NCBI RefSeq assembly: GCF_001194135.2
Contig: NC_068982.1
Location: 110,735,023 to 110,798,366 of the forward strand
From: Octopus bimaculoides
Taxonomy: Eukaryota
Length of the DNA: 63,344 bases
Direction: 5' to 3'
Position 1 is the first letter of the stretch, and each line of letters opens with the position of its first letter. Position numbers and translations under genes: made by a program. The notes under the pieces are model-generated. The model did no database searches. It worked only from the letters and a program-made list of their open reading frames with translations, and was not told where the DNA came from. Below are positions 38,932-52,544 of the stretch, piece after piece.

Positions 38932-40012
38932 NNNNNNNNNNNNNNNNNNNNNNNNNNNNNNNNNNNNNNNNNNNNNNNNNNNNNNNNNNNNNNNNNNNNN
39001 NNNNNNNNNNNNNNNNNNNNNNNNNNNNNNNNNNNNNNNNNNNNNNNNNNNNNNNNNNNNNNNNNNNNNNNNNNNNNNNNNNNNNNNNNNNNNNNNNNNN
39101 NNNNNNNNNNNNNNNNNNNNNNNNNNNNNNNNNNNNNNNNNNNNNNNNNNNNNNNNNNNNNNNNNNNNNNNNNNNNNNNNNNNNNNNNNNNNNNNNNNNN
39201 NNNNNNNNNNNNNNNNNNNNNNNNNNNNNNNNNNNNNNNNNNNNNNNNNNNNNNNNNNNNNNNNNNNNNNNNNNNNNNNNNNNNNNNNNNNNNNNNNNNN
39301 NNNNNNNNNNNNNNNNNNNNNNNNNNNNNNNNNNNNNNNNNNNNNNNNNNNNNNNNNNNNNNNNNNNNNNNNNNNNNNNNNNNNNNNNNNNNNNNNNNNN
39401 NNNNNNNNNNNNNNNNNNNNNNNNNNNNNNNNNNNNNNNNNNNNNNNNNNNNNNNNNNNNNNNNNNNNNNNNNNNNNNNNNNNNNNNNNNNNNNNNNNNN
39501 NNNNNNNNNNNNNNNNNNNNNNNNNNNNNNNNNNNNNNNNNNNNNNNNNNNNNNNNNNNNNNNNNNNNNNNNNNNNNNNNNNNNNNNNNNNNNNNNNNNN
39601 NNNNNNNNNNNNNNNNNNNNNNNNNNNNNNNNNNNNNNNNNNNNNNNNNNNNNNNNNNNNNNNNNNNNNNNNNNNNNNNNNNNNNNNNNNNNNNNNNNNN
39701 NNNNNNNNNNNNNNNNNNNNNNNNNNNNNNNNNNNNNNNNNNNNNNNNNNNNNNNNNNNNNNNNNNNNNNNNNNNNNNNNNNNNNNNNNNNNNNNNNNNN
39801 NNNNNNNNNNNNNNNNNNNNNNNNNNNNNNNNNNNNNNNNNNNNNNNNNNNNNNNNNNNNNNNNNNNNNNNNNNNNNNNNNNNNNNNNNNNNNNNNNNNN
39901 NNNNNNNNNNNNNNNNNNNCACCTACATGAACTTCTAACTTGTTGTCTCTTGAGGTCTCTGGGTGAGACTTGGATCCAACTTGTACAAATGCAAAACAAA
40001 AGTCAAACATAA

Positions 40013-40063
<51 letters not shown>

Positions 40064-40067
<4 letters not shown>

Positions 40068-40647
40068 GCCCTGGGGCAGTACCAAGCAGTGGCTCTAAAT
40101 GCCCTGATACAGTACCAGGCAGTGGCTCTCATGGCTTCTGATCTTAACTGATTAGAAGTGTTATCATGTACATTGTTTTGTCTTGATATAAAAGATGGGT
40201 TACAGCAAATATTCTGCTCAATACCACAGATTTGCTTGTCAGTTGCTTGACCTTAATCAGTTGAGCATGTCCCTTAGTGGCTGGCGATATATGCATCTCT
40301 GATCACGAGTGGGGGAGCATCATAGTCATGTGTTGAGAGGAATTCTTTGGAAGTTTGGATAATTCACCTTTGGAAATATGGGTGTCTTGTTCATCATCCT
40401 TAAAAAAACCCTTATTCAGGGACTTTTTGAGTGGGATAGGCTACTCGACCTGAAGAAAATTCTAGCTGGGCCTTACCTGCAAGGTCATCCGCTGTTTATC
40501 TTGATATGAGATCACTATGTCGCGCACACATGGTTGTGATGGATGTGCCTGGTGTACCCTTATCAGACGGGTAGTCATGATAGGTATACTGGGCTTCGTA
40601 TATTTTACCCCAGTATCACTTTGATGGCATGCACTGATCTCTCACTC
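40064..40647. repeat. Unclassified ~580-bp interspersed element flanked by (AAT)n on both sides, with terminal 33-bp tandem duplication
   Basis: GC-richer than the flanks, sharp boundaries at AAT runs, duplicated unit at 40064-40096 and 40097-40129. Confidence 0.5.
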
Positions 40648-41064
40648 AATAATAATAATGATAATAATAAATATTCGCACATGCCTCATTGAATTTGGAA
40701 GAGGTGGACCTCAATTGAGTTGATCTCAGTACTTTAACTAGCATTATGTTTTACCAACTCTGGCTGAAAGGCAGTGTTAAACTCGGTGGAATTTGAGCCC
40801 AGAAGGAAAAAATGACGGAATTAAATGCTGGAAGTTCGACACTCATGGTTAATCCCAGCCTTGTTGTTATTATTAATGTTTTTATTGTTTTTGTAGTTAT
40901 CCTCCTCCTCCTCCTCCTCNNNNNNNNNNNNNNNNNNNNNNNNNNNNNNNNNNNNNNNNNNNNNNNNNNNNNNNNNNNNNNNNNNNNNNNNNTCTGCTAT
41001 TAAAGCACACTTATATGTATTAGGGGCTGTGATCCGATTCTTCTTCTAAAACATGTCAATATAT

Positions 41065-41251
41065 CTCCTTTTTTCTCTCTCCTTTTCTCTCTCTCCTTGT
41101 TTCTCTCCTTATTTCTTTCTGTGTTCCTTTCTGTTGAAGAGCGTAGGCTCGAAACGTTAAAGACTTTCTCTATTCCCGAGCGCTATACTAATACATCCAT
41201 TTGTTGGTTACACCACCTGTCTTCGTCTGTTGATTTTTCGTGAATTCTCCC
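41065..41251 (+). mobile_element. Family B copy B2, ending at (AT)n
   Basis: Homologous to B1 and B3. Confidence 0.82.
41127..41162 (+). ncRNA. Minimal hammerhead-like motif (B2), variant core CUGUUGA
   Basis: CUUU-CUGUUGA-A-GAGC(guag)GCUC-GAA-ACGU-U-AAAG. Confidence 0.6.
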
Positions 41252-42049
41252 ATATATATATATATATATATATATAAACTAACCCAGAAGACCTATAGTA
41301 AATTAGAATGCCAATAAAGAGTCAATAAAGGAGCGTGTGAAAAATTCATTGAACTGCTAGAAATAATGACTGCATCTTCCTCAGTTAAAAAGAAAGGAAG
41401 GGACACTTTAGATAATGTAGTACCATATATTCCTAAAATAACGAGATGGTCACAGCTAAAATATCTTTGATCATAGGTCTGCTCAATCAGGATTGACCAG
41501 AGGCTAAAATATCTACAAAAGACAGCGAGATCTATCAGGATTCAGATCCATACAACTGATCATTTGATGTGCTTGCTTGTTTCTTAGACAAATGTGAAAG
41601 AATGTCTGAAGTCTTTGATATCAACTGAACTGTAAAACTAGATTGATTTGTGGAACTTAACCCGTTCATGAGCTTAACCAATCTTCTTGATTTCAGGAAC
41701 TTAACCAATCTTGTTTATACAACTGTTCTATCCACTCTATTCATCACACGATAAAGTCTGTCAGAGTTTTGATGTAAAGTGGTGTAACGAAAGATGGCCG
41801 TATTTGTGATCTGAAAAAAACTTTCTTTGTCAACTATTACTCATTGTATATCCAGGAACTAATAGACCACATAATAAATATTTATAGATACCTTGGCAAA
41901 GTTTTTATTAAAAAAGATAAAAAAACACACACAAATTCTGTTCTTTCATCTTTATAAATGGCTCTTAGGTAACTTTAACTATCTGAAGTCCACTGTTTTG
42001 TTAATTAGATATTCTGGTCACGTCTACATGCATAAACACACTTAGAGAG

Positions 42050-42088
<39 letters not shown>

Positions 42089-43588
42089 TGCGTGTGTGTC
42101 TATGTGTATGTGTACATATACTTATGAGAAAGTGCAAGCATTTGTTTCTACGTACATATATGCATACATATAAAAGTTTTTTGGGATAAATTTGTTGGCT
42201 CATTTCTGGTATTTATATCGAGGTATTACTAGTTTATACTTTTAGATCCAATTGCAGAATTGACGAAAACGAAGAAACGGTGATAAATATTGCCTATTTT
42301 GTAAGTATATTTCTTTAGAGAAAAAAAAGCGCGTGCGATGGCATTTGAAAACATAAACCATAAACCATAGAAGATAAAACGTAAAACATCTTTGAAAAAA
42401 AATGGAAAAAATGTCTAAAATGGCATAATTTATACAAAAATCCATCTTTCCGTCGTAGTATAATAATAATTCGATCAATAGTGAATACAATTCAGTAAAG
42501 TAATAGAAGTGTGCATTTACGAACATTGGTCAAGGTTAAATATACTGATTCTATGAAATATAAATAAATGGTGCGGGTTGGTAAAACCGGCAGAGCGTCG
42601 GACATAAACACCAACCTCTCAAAAAAAAAAAAAAAAAAAAAGCACGTGTGGTTGCGTTTGTAAGTTCATATAACTCGCAAGTATATTTTGCTTTAAATCC
42701 TTTCCAGGTCGATAGAATGAGTACTGGATGTCTTTGTGATCGACTATACCCTACATGGAAATGCTCTGGAATGATTACTATGTGAAGAATAAAATCAGTA
42801 AAAGAATGAAAGAATACTTATCCTATAAAAGATTTTCGAATGTTGCAAAACATTAATACATTCTTGATACACAAAAGAGTTAAGATGGTCAAGACTGGAA
42901 CATCGGTCAAAGGATGAAAAGCCAAGACACGAAGTCAACAAAGAAAGTTCCACGAATAACGAATATGAGTTTCCCACCTATCGTTTGACACAGCAACAAT
43001 ATTAATCAGGATTAATATTCAGGTAACAAAACAATATGATAACGATACGACAAAGGAGCCTCTACCCGATTGTTCGACCTGCTAGAAATAACCTCAATAT
43101 TGCCCTCAAACCGTACCCTACTATCTTAAGAATACAATGGCTAATGTAATTCTAGATGAATTATATCTGAATAAAAGATAAAATGGTCTCAGCAGGAGAA
43201 ACCGTTAGATGCATCAAGGATAACCTGATGCTAAACAATAAGGTAGTAGCATCAACAATAACAATAACAATAACAGTAACCATCATAATATATTATTGCT
43301 ACCATCGTCATTATCTTTTTCTGCTTCTACTTAATACTATCAAAGAATAGTTTAATTTGTTTTAAATAGATTTTCATTACTCTGAACATTTTAGTATTTT
43401 CACTAGTTTATTATTATTAATTGATTGAAAGGAGTGAGTTAAACTGGACATAATGTTGGAAATTTTTCTGAAATTTCAATGGAAACAAAGAATGGAGGAG
43501 AATTAAACAGGTAATAATGTATAAATAATGTAAAAGGTATTGTATAGCCGTATTGTATTGTATATATATATATATATATATATACATA

Positions 43589-43948
43589 TATAATCATAAA
43601 TATATAGGGATTGACAGTAACCTGCTTCTCCAACATACTGAGAATTCAGAAATAGCAGTCAAAGAACTACTGATTTCAAAACTACAAATTATTACTCCAG
43701 ATTGATAGCGATATTTTTGATACACACAGAACAAAAAACAGTAGAGAAGAGTAAAAAACCCACCTGCCTTTAGGTGGTTTTTTTACTCTTCTCTACTGTT
43801 TTTTGTTCTGTGTGTATCAAAAATATCGCTATCAATCTGGAGTAATAATTTGTAGTTTTGAAATCAGTAGTTCTTTGACTGCTATTTCTGAATTCTCAGT
43901 ATGTTGGAGAAGCAGGTTACTGTCAATCCCTATATATTTATGATTATA
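43589..43948. repeat. Near-perfect palindrome: 177-bp arms, 6-nt loop, 1 mismatch
   Basis: Arms 43589-43765 and 43772-43948; loop GCCTTT; the only mismatch is 43759/43778. Confidence 0.95.
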
Positions 43949-44348
43949 AATGTTTTTTACCGAAAAGGTTTTTTCATACTGAGCTACCCGGCAAAATTGT
44001 TAATTATTAATTTTATTACTAATTGACGATTCCCTGCCCTGCATATCTATATTTTATATATACATATATATGTGTACTGATAATTAGCATAGTTAATAAC
44101 GAAACGTTGGTAAATGATTATATGCAGGGCATGTAAGTAGTATTACTGCTATTTTGCGAATCAGTTAGAAGTTTTTGAACTCTTAGAAAGTCTACTCTGA
44201 TGCACCAATTACACTAGTCCTGCCTGATATGTCTGATATAACTGATATATCATGTAACTATAAAGTGTCACTAAATATATATGTAAGTTCATATAACTCG
44301 CAAGTATATTTTGCTTTAAATCCTTTCCAGGTCGATAGAATGAGTACT

Positions 44349-44484
44349 TGTCTCCGTATTCTTTCTGTTGAAGAGCGTAGCTCGAAACGTCAAAGACTTT
44401 CCGTATTCCCGAGCGTCATGCTAATATATACTTTTGTTATTTACACCACCTGTCCTCGTCTGTTGTTATTATTTGTATATTCTC

Positions 44485-44486
<2 letters not shown>
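44349..44486 (+). mobile_element. Family B copy B3, 5'-truncated, ending at (AT)n
   Basis: Homologous to B1 and B2 from just upstream of the hammerhead fold. Confidence 0.8.
44360..44396 (+). ncRNA. Minimal hammerhead-like motif (B3), core CUGUUGA, GUC triplet
   Basis: UCUUU-CUGUUGA-A-GAGC(gua)GCUC-GAA-ACGU-C-AAAGA; perfect 5-bp stem I. Confidence 0.62.
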
Positions 44487-44521
<35 letters not shown>

Positions 44522-44652
44522 NNNNNNNNNNNNNNNNNNNNNNNNNNNNNNNNNNNNNNNNNNNNNNNNNNNNNNNNNNNNNNNNNNNNNNNNNNNNNNN
44601 NNNNNNNNNNNNNNNNNNNNNNNNNNNNNNNNNNNNNNNNNNNNNNNNNNNN

Positions 44653-44698
<46 letters not shown>

Positions 44699-46008
44699 TA
44701 TGTGTGTGTGGTTGGGCGGTTGTATGATTACTGGTTATTAGTGCTAAATTTTCATAATGGAAACCAAACCATGTTTGTGAATAATGGACTTGGAGAAAAA
44801 TTTTGACCATCTAGGGCAGCATATGATGACCAACAGAGCTGTTAATTGTAAGCTAGAAATATGTTCACAGAATTCCGATAAATATTACTTCGAAAGTGAT
44901 GATGTCTTATACCAGTGATATAATCGACTTTCTCCCAGACTTATCTAAATATCAATAGCAGAAAGGTTCAGGTTTATGAAAGTAATTACCAGTTGCCAAG
45001 ATAATAATTATCATTTATCAAGATAGTAAATATATATCTGATGGTAAATATATCTCTGCATAACAGAAGAAGAAATGCTCCGAATAATATGAGAATTCAA
45101 CCGTTATCAACCAAAAAAGACTAGAAATAATTCACAGTTTAGTTCAATGTTAATGTACTTTTCGACATTCCCAAGCAATATTTTTACACGAAACCATTGA
45201 TAAGGCACAACGCAGCTATGATTTATATTCAATATAAATTATTTGAGATATCATAACACGTATCTTATCCTTTGTAATCATGCTTGGTAGTGAGTATGCA
45301 ATATTCCTTCATTTCTTCATATGTTATACGACTTATTTCTCTAATTCACAACCAATCGCTTTCTAGATTAAACCAGCTGTATAAATGTTCTCCGAAAAAG
45401 ATCTATGATAAAAGCCATAATTATTCCTTCTTATTGTGTAACTAGAACAACTTTATCCAGTATGGCCATCGTTTTTCAAAGGCAGCAGGTAGTGATTTGA
45501 AGGTTTGAAAGTATACAGCATTTATGCAGAAGCACTCGCAGATATTTGAAAATACAAACGTGTAGATGTCTGAACATATAAGGTGCCATATTTACAGCCG
45601 AAGAGCCAGCAGATCGCCTTCCATCAGTGACACTGAAAAGTAATCATGGACAATACATCAAATGCTGAATGACCTTAGTTGACCTAACTGCAAATAGGTA
45701 CAAAGGTAATTTACCAACTATACCGCTCAACCACGAAGCACCATTTGCGTATCCAGCATTTAATCTAACTTTCCAGCGTTCTCTTGCTCAGGGAGCATCT
45801 AAATGGTCGCTTTTCCAGCTAGAATTATAAACTCAGCCTTTTACAACACACAGTACTGCTTAAAGATGAGGTTATATTACATAATATGATGGCAACGACA
45901 GTGACTGCAGCATGACGTTCAAGAAATGATGATGACGATGATCGATAAGTTGATATACTTACATACACAAGAAAAAATACAGATGACGCATGTACAAACA
46001 CACACACA

Positions 46009-46097
<89 letters not shown>

Positions 46098-48689
46098 CAC
46101 ACACACAACTAGGTTAAGGAATGAATCCTTTGTGTTTTTGTGTGTGCAACAATGTGCGGTTTTAATCAAAATTGTCTCTAGAAAGTCTCCGGTGGCATAC
46201 GTTAAGTAAAATTGCTTTAACGGGGAGATTGAAACCCGTTCATGTTTTGTATTAGGAAACCTTGAACCAAGTTTTCCAGCGGCCCAATGAGAAGAACAAG
46301 CAATGAAAAGTTGGGGAGGGGGGGGGTCAATAGACATAAAATTTTCAGTATAATGTTGAAAAGAAAAAAATAGTAAGCTATATACAGCAACAATTGCAAC
46401 ACAAACAATAAATAACAATATTGTTTTATCTACAGTTGTTTGTAGCGTATGTACTTTGAATCTAAAGCTCTAAAGCTACCATATTGGTAAGATTGTGCCA
46501 AAACAAGAGACTGGCTTCTTGTTCAAAGTGGCCACATTTAAAACTAAAGGCTTTGGTAACATAAGTGGGCATTAAGTGAAACTAAAATCAATAAAAAAAT
46601 CAAAGTGTAGTGTATGTATATAGTACTAATTGTATACCAAACATCATGCCGAAGCCATAAATTTAGGAAACAAAATGATTGCATTTAGCTGTATTACACA
46701 TCAAACTACATACTGAAACTATAATTTGAAGACGTAAAGTATGTTGCAGTAATATAACTACGTTCTGCATACTGAATCAAAGATGGTATTTACTAGCAGT
46801 AATACAAATTCTACCAACTAAAATACAGGGATCTAACGTACTTTATATATTACCCACGTATTACACACTGAAGCTCATCTCATAAATAATTACAATTTAT
46901 GATTCCTAACAAATACACACAAGCTAACACATATTTTGGTACTAGGGGATATCATTGATTAAACCGACCTATGCCCAATATTTTGTTTCTTTAATCACTT
47001 GCAGTATGAAATGCAAAATTATCCTCAGTGGAATTTGAACTCGAACCTAAAGAGACATAACTCAGTACCGTCATTCAAAGAGAAAAATCAATTTGGATAA
47101 CCTAGTATCAAAACTCAGGGAAACATTTAAGTATAAAGAAGTATACTAGAAAGTCATGTATAACCGTAGACACCATTACGAAATTTGGGATCAAAAACTA
47201 TAAGGCATAACGAAAAATACGACACCGTAAAATGATTTTAGATGTATTGTGTACGTAGTATTTAGCTAATATATGTATTTAGCAATATGGGTATATTGCT
47301 TTTTCATTTCTTCTATCAAGTACGAATTGCACTTGCATCGAGCGCTAAGAGAAATTGTGTGACATTTTCTTATCATCATATCCTCTAACGCTAATAACAG
47401 TTGTTCCTCAGAGGAGTACTGCAGCCATTACAATTCACATCCTAATCCATCTTTGAAAAACATCTATCTTTACAAGCAACATTTAGAAGACTCGTACAGC
47501 AGCCATAGTTTCACGGTTGAATAAGCATAGAAGATACCAGTTACTTATGTATACCACATTGCTGCAGAACTCGTAATCCTAAGCAAAAAATCTAATTCGG
47601 ATGTCGATAGCCCGAGCAGAGTTGTGCAGTTTAAAGCCATACTCGAAGATATTGCATACTACTTCAATATATGTATTGTATTAAATATAGGTTGACAAAT
47701 AAACGTAGTTCCACTAGACGTGACCGAGTATCTAATAAAGAATTATTTGCACTCCAACAGACAGTACGAGGGAGAACGAAGACAACTACTATTAGTATAT
47801 CAAGAATTCCCCACAGAATGTTGAACACAATATATGGAGTAATAGTATAATGGCATAATTATATCATTAGAAAAATTAAGCATGCTCTTAGGATGACACT
47901 AATTTTCAGTGTAGTATGGTAAAAAATCTTCCAAATGTTGATAGACTACAAAGAGACGTGGCTAACCAAGGTTAAATGAAATATACAAGAAAAACTTATA
48001 GATTAGTGTAAAATAAAGAATACACACACACATACATGCACATGCACAGACACACGCACGCGCGTGCGCATACATATGTATGTGTGTACGTATGTATATA
48101 TGCATGTGTATGAGAAATATGAGGCTCGAGGGAAAAATAAGCTTTGAGAATTAACAGTCATTCAGACAGAAAATCTTGGTGAAGTCTTAACGAATCAGAC
48201 GATTTGAAGATGAGAAAACTTGTTCAGAGACAACGAACTATTTGAAAGAAATGAGAACGCAAAACCGGAAATTAAAAATACATTATAAACGCAGGAACAA
48301 AATAAAAAAAAAGAAGAATACAAAAGAAAGATGTCTGCCAACAATAATAGAAATACTCGAAAGAAAGTTTTAGTGTAAAACAGAACCAAGAGACTACAGA
48401 AACAACAATAGTGAAGTCCATTATCAACGAATGCAGCTATAAACGTTTAGAATGAAAATATCTTGACAAGGTTTTATATGATCATCGAATACGTAACTAT
48501 ATTTACTGAGAAAATATATAATCTGCAAATTAGACAAAAACAGATAAGTGGTACCAACATTCATGAAATAATATCTAGATATCATTATGAAAAATTGATG
48601 TCTTAAAAATGTCTCCTCGTCGAATTATTTAGAAAACAAAAACAAGAAAGGCTCACAGGTGCGGCAAACGACCATAATTATAAGAGTAT

Positions 48690-49510
48690 CTCGAACAAAA
48701 TGCCTCACGGTATCTGTTCCAGTTCTTTATGTTCCCAGATCAAATGTCGCCTAGAGTAACTTTGCGTTTCATCCTTCCTAGATCGATAAAATAATGTACT
48801 AATCCAGGGTGGTTATTTGGCGAAATTGTTAGAAATTTGTAGAATTTTGTTTTGATTCTTCAAGTTTTGAGTATCATAGCAAACTTGTCCGTATCCACCC
48901 GATATAATGGTGTATTATAGCAAACAAATATATAAGTAAAAACACCGGTAGGGAGGCAATAGCAACAAATTTTGTATTTTGTCCTGAGGGTTGTGATTGG
49001 CAGAATCGGTAGAATGCCGGACAAAAATTCTTTGCGTTATTTATTCTAGTCCTTTATGTCCTTAGTTCAAATTATGCCGAAGCCAACATTAAGACGATAA
49101 AAATAAACAACCATGGACTAGATTTAATCAAGCAAGCCCCTCTTCCAAAATTTCAGGGATCACTAGACGAGGGTCAACGTCCCTACTAATGTCCCTGTAT
49201 TTTTCTCACCATATACTGCAGTACCTTCTTGTAGATCGATACATGGCGGATCTGTTCCGGTTACGGCATCACCTAGTCCATAACTTTAAAGACTAGGAGC
49301 AAGTCGACGTTTAATTAGTACATCTCTCGAGTTACCTGTGCTACAAAATTGCTATAGTAAGGGCTATGGATTGACAGAATCGTTGGAGCGTCAGACAAAT
49401 GTTTGTTTCAGTTTTTTATGCCATGGGTACAAATCCCGCTAAGTTTAATTTTGCCCATCATCCATTTGAGGGTTGATAAAATAAAATACTCGTCAAGCAC
49501 AGAGGTGGAT
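48690..49510 (+). mobile_element. Three degenerate same-orientation S1 SINE relics
   Basis: Modules near 48690-48800, 48990-49160 and 49365-49510 (GGCAGAATCG / TTCATCC..GATAAAATAA). Confidence 0.55.
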
Positions 49511-49805
49511 ATGGATTTTGTATCTATGTAAGGAAATATTTTTGGAAATATCAATATCTTTTCATTTGTCAAAGTGTAAACGCTTTCTCTAGCTGTTGTA
49601 TTGTATTAATTTTGTTTTATTTTCCTTCTTGAGTTATTGTTTGCAAGTATTTTCTTTTCTATGGGAGTGTAATATGTGCACCGTTTCTTGCTCCTCCAGA
49701 AATCATGTTAAATTGTTAGTTAACAACTATTGAAAATTAAACCCTATGTCTAAAACCTTACATCTACCCCAGTGTGACCAGTGTGGTACAGCCATCGAGG
49801 ACAAG

Positions 49806-49856
<51 letters not shown>

Positions 49857-50384
49857 ATAGTTATGGTTATGTTTCATACAGTGCTGCTTCCTGAGTTAGG
49901 GGAAAGTTAAGCCGACTCTGACAGATTGCAAAATTTATGTTGATGAGTCAAGCAGCCCATTAACAATAGCGACCTCCCTTATTTATGAGCTATTTAATAA
50001 AATAGCTTACAACCTCATTCCCTCTCCACCTCCATCAACTCAACCAAAAATGGCAAGGATTAATTGAAATATATACTTATAAAATACAAAATAAAAATAT
50101 ATAAGAGCAAATTGAAAAAGAGAAATAAAAATGAAATTGTAAGAATTTTCGTGTTTCTTATTCATGTTTTATTTTGCCTTGTTGTGGTTGTTGTTTTTCT
50201 GAAGCTTTTCCTTATTATACTTTGCATTGCTCCTGTCTTGTATTTTTCTGCTCTATTTTGTTTTCAACATCTGTATCTAGATAACTGCAACACTTACTGT
50301 ATAGGCATTGTACAACACATATACAAACACACACATGTAAATATGTTTACATACGTACGTTCGCATGTATATATACATATGTAC

Positions 50385-50439
<55 letters not shown>

Positions 50440-51330
50440 CATACATACACGTAGATATATGTCAGTATGTGTGTGTGTATGTATACATTCTTATATAACT
50501 ATGACTATCTATCTATCAATCTATCCAGTCACGTACGCATACACACACATATATACATATTTGCATATTTACACACATACACTCATGTGTGTGTGTTTAT
50601 ATATATATATATACATATCGTTGTACGTTTGTATTAATCAACAAGAATTACAAAAACAAAAAACAAAAACACACACACAAAAAAAAGAAAGAAACGTGAA
50701 GACAGAAGAGAAAGAAATCCGTATATAATCAGTAAGTTATCAGTGGCAAGCTGAATGACATGAGGATTGTAAAGGAAAGATAGTGCAGTTAACTCGCTAG
50801 CTAGACGTCTTTCGTTAACTTATTCCCCAAGAGAAATCAATGAGGGTATCACTACAGATTTTCATCTCTTAAAAGACGTCATTCATGATTTGCTCCATTC
50901 TCAAAGCATGGCATATACAAATGCAGTGAACGAAATAGAAAAAAAAAGAAAGAAAAAACCCAAATAAAGAACAACAGTAACGTCATCAGCAATAAAAAAT
51001 ATCCCCCAAGAAAATATGACACCACACTCAAACGCACGCAGTAACACACTTATACACATACAGGCATACAGGCATACAGGCATACAGACAAATGTGTAAA
51101 AATTTCTAAATCACCATTTACAGTTAGTAAGTTATCTTGTACAGTGAATTGGCCAAAGAGAAAAGAAAAAAAAAAAATGATTGTGAAAATTTCCTCAATT
51201 AAATTTGCAATTAATTAATTTGTAAAAATGTTAAAATCTTTAAAAGAAAATAAACTCACGATATTCATCTTGAACTTTAGTATAAGAAAATTTATGGGGA
51301 TACATATATAGCATTGTATAAGATATATAT

Positions 51331-51479
51331 CTTTTACTTGTTTCAGTCATTAGACTGCGGGCATGCTGGGGTGCCGCCTTGAAGAATTTTAGCCGGAATT
51401 ATCGACCACAGTACTTAACTTTTTAAAGCCTGGTACTTATTCTATCGGTCTCTTTTGCCAAATAGCTAAGTTACAGGAT
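51331..51479 (-). mobile_element. 3' module of composite SINE
   Basis: Reverse complement of the module at 51775-51968 and 26991-27151. Confidence 0.75.
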
Positions 51480-51621
51480 ATATATATATATATATATATA
51501 TAGAAAATGGAGGATAATATGCTGAACCCAGGTGTAGCAATAATTGGGTACCCTCCCAGCAGTATATTGGATAGATACTATCCCTTAGTGGGTTGAACCC
51601 CCAACCCCTAACTCTCTCACG

Positions 51622-51653
<32 letters not shown>

Positions 51654-51774
51654 NNNNNNNNNNNNNNNNNNNGTGTGTGTGTGTGTATGTATATATATAT
51701 GCATATATATATATATATGTATATATATGCATATATATATATATGTATGCATGTTTGTGTTTGTATGTCTATAT

Positions 51775-51968
51775 TTGGCCCCCACCACAATCACTTGACA
51801 ATCGATGTTGGTGTGTTTACACCCCCGTAACTTAGCGGTTCGACAAAAGATAACCGATAGAATAAGTACTAGGCTTCCAAAGAATAAATCCTGGGGTCGA
51901 TTAATTCGACTAAAGGCGGTGCTCCAGCGTGGCCGAAGTCAAATGACTGAAACGAATAAAAGAATAAT
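51775..51968 (+). mobile_element. 3' module of composite SINE following TA/TG microsatellite
   Basis: CCCCACCACAATCACTTGACAATCGATGTTGGTGTGTTTAC...GTCAAATGACTGAAACGAATAAAAGAAT. Confidence 0.8.
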
Positions 51969-52499
51969 AGAATATATATATGTATATATATATCTATATC
52001 TATATCTATATCTAACTATATATATACTGTATGGATAGATAGATGGATAGATAGATAGCTATAAATATCTTTACACGTACGCATATATATATATGTGGTG
52101 TAAAGATAATAAACATTAAAAAGGCCATCACAAAAACAAAACTCGACGAATACATTATTACGTCCACGCGTGCACACGCACACACACACACACAAAGATT
52201 CCAACAAAAGCTACCCATGCCAAATCAGAAGCTACGTAGTGTATGAACTATTATAAACCGACCTCATGGTATAGCCCCTTTTACAGCGGATAGAACTTAA
52301 CATATATAGCATCTGATCGATACTACTTGTTCTTTGTATTATATTTTACAAATATACGTCCGATAACTGTTACAGACTGAAGACCATGGTGTGAACAAAG
52401 ACTACATTAACACCATATGGATAACTTATCAACTCTACTTGTCATATCCAATTGGGGAAGGTGTTTTCAGTTGACTCTAACAATGGTGTATATTAACCA

Positions 52500-52544
<45 letters not shown>

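Noticed and set aside
37133-44486. CRISPR-like or prokaryotic repeat systems
   Set aside because: Repeats are dispersed, not regularly spaced with unique spacers, and the context is eukaryotic.
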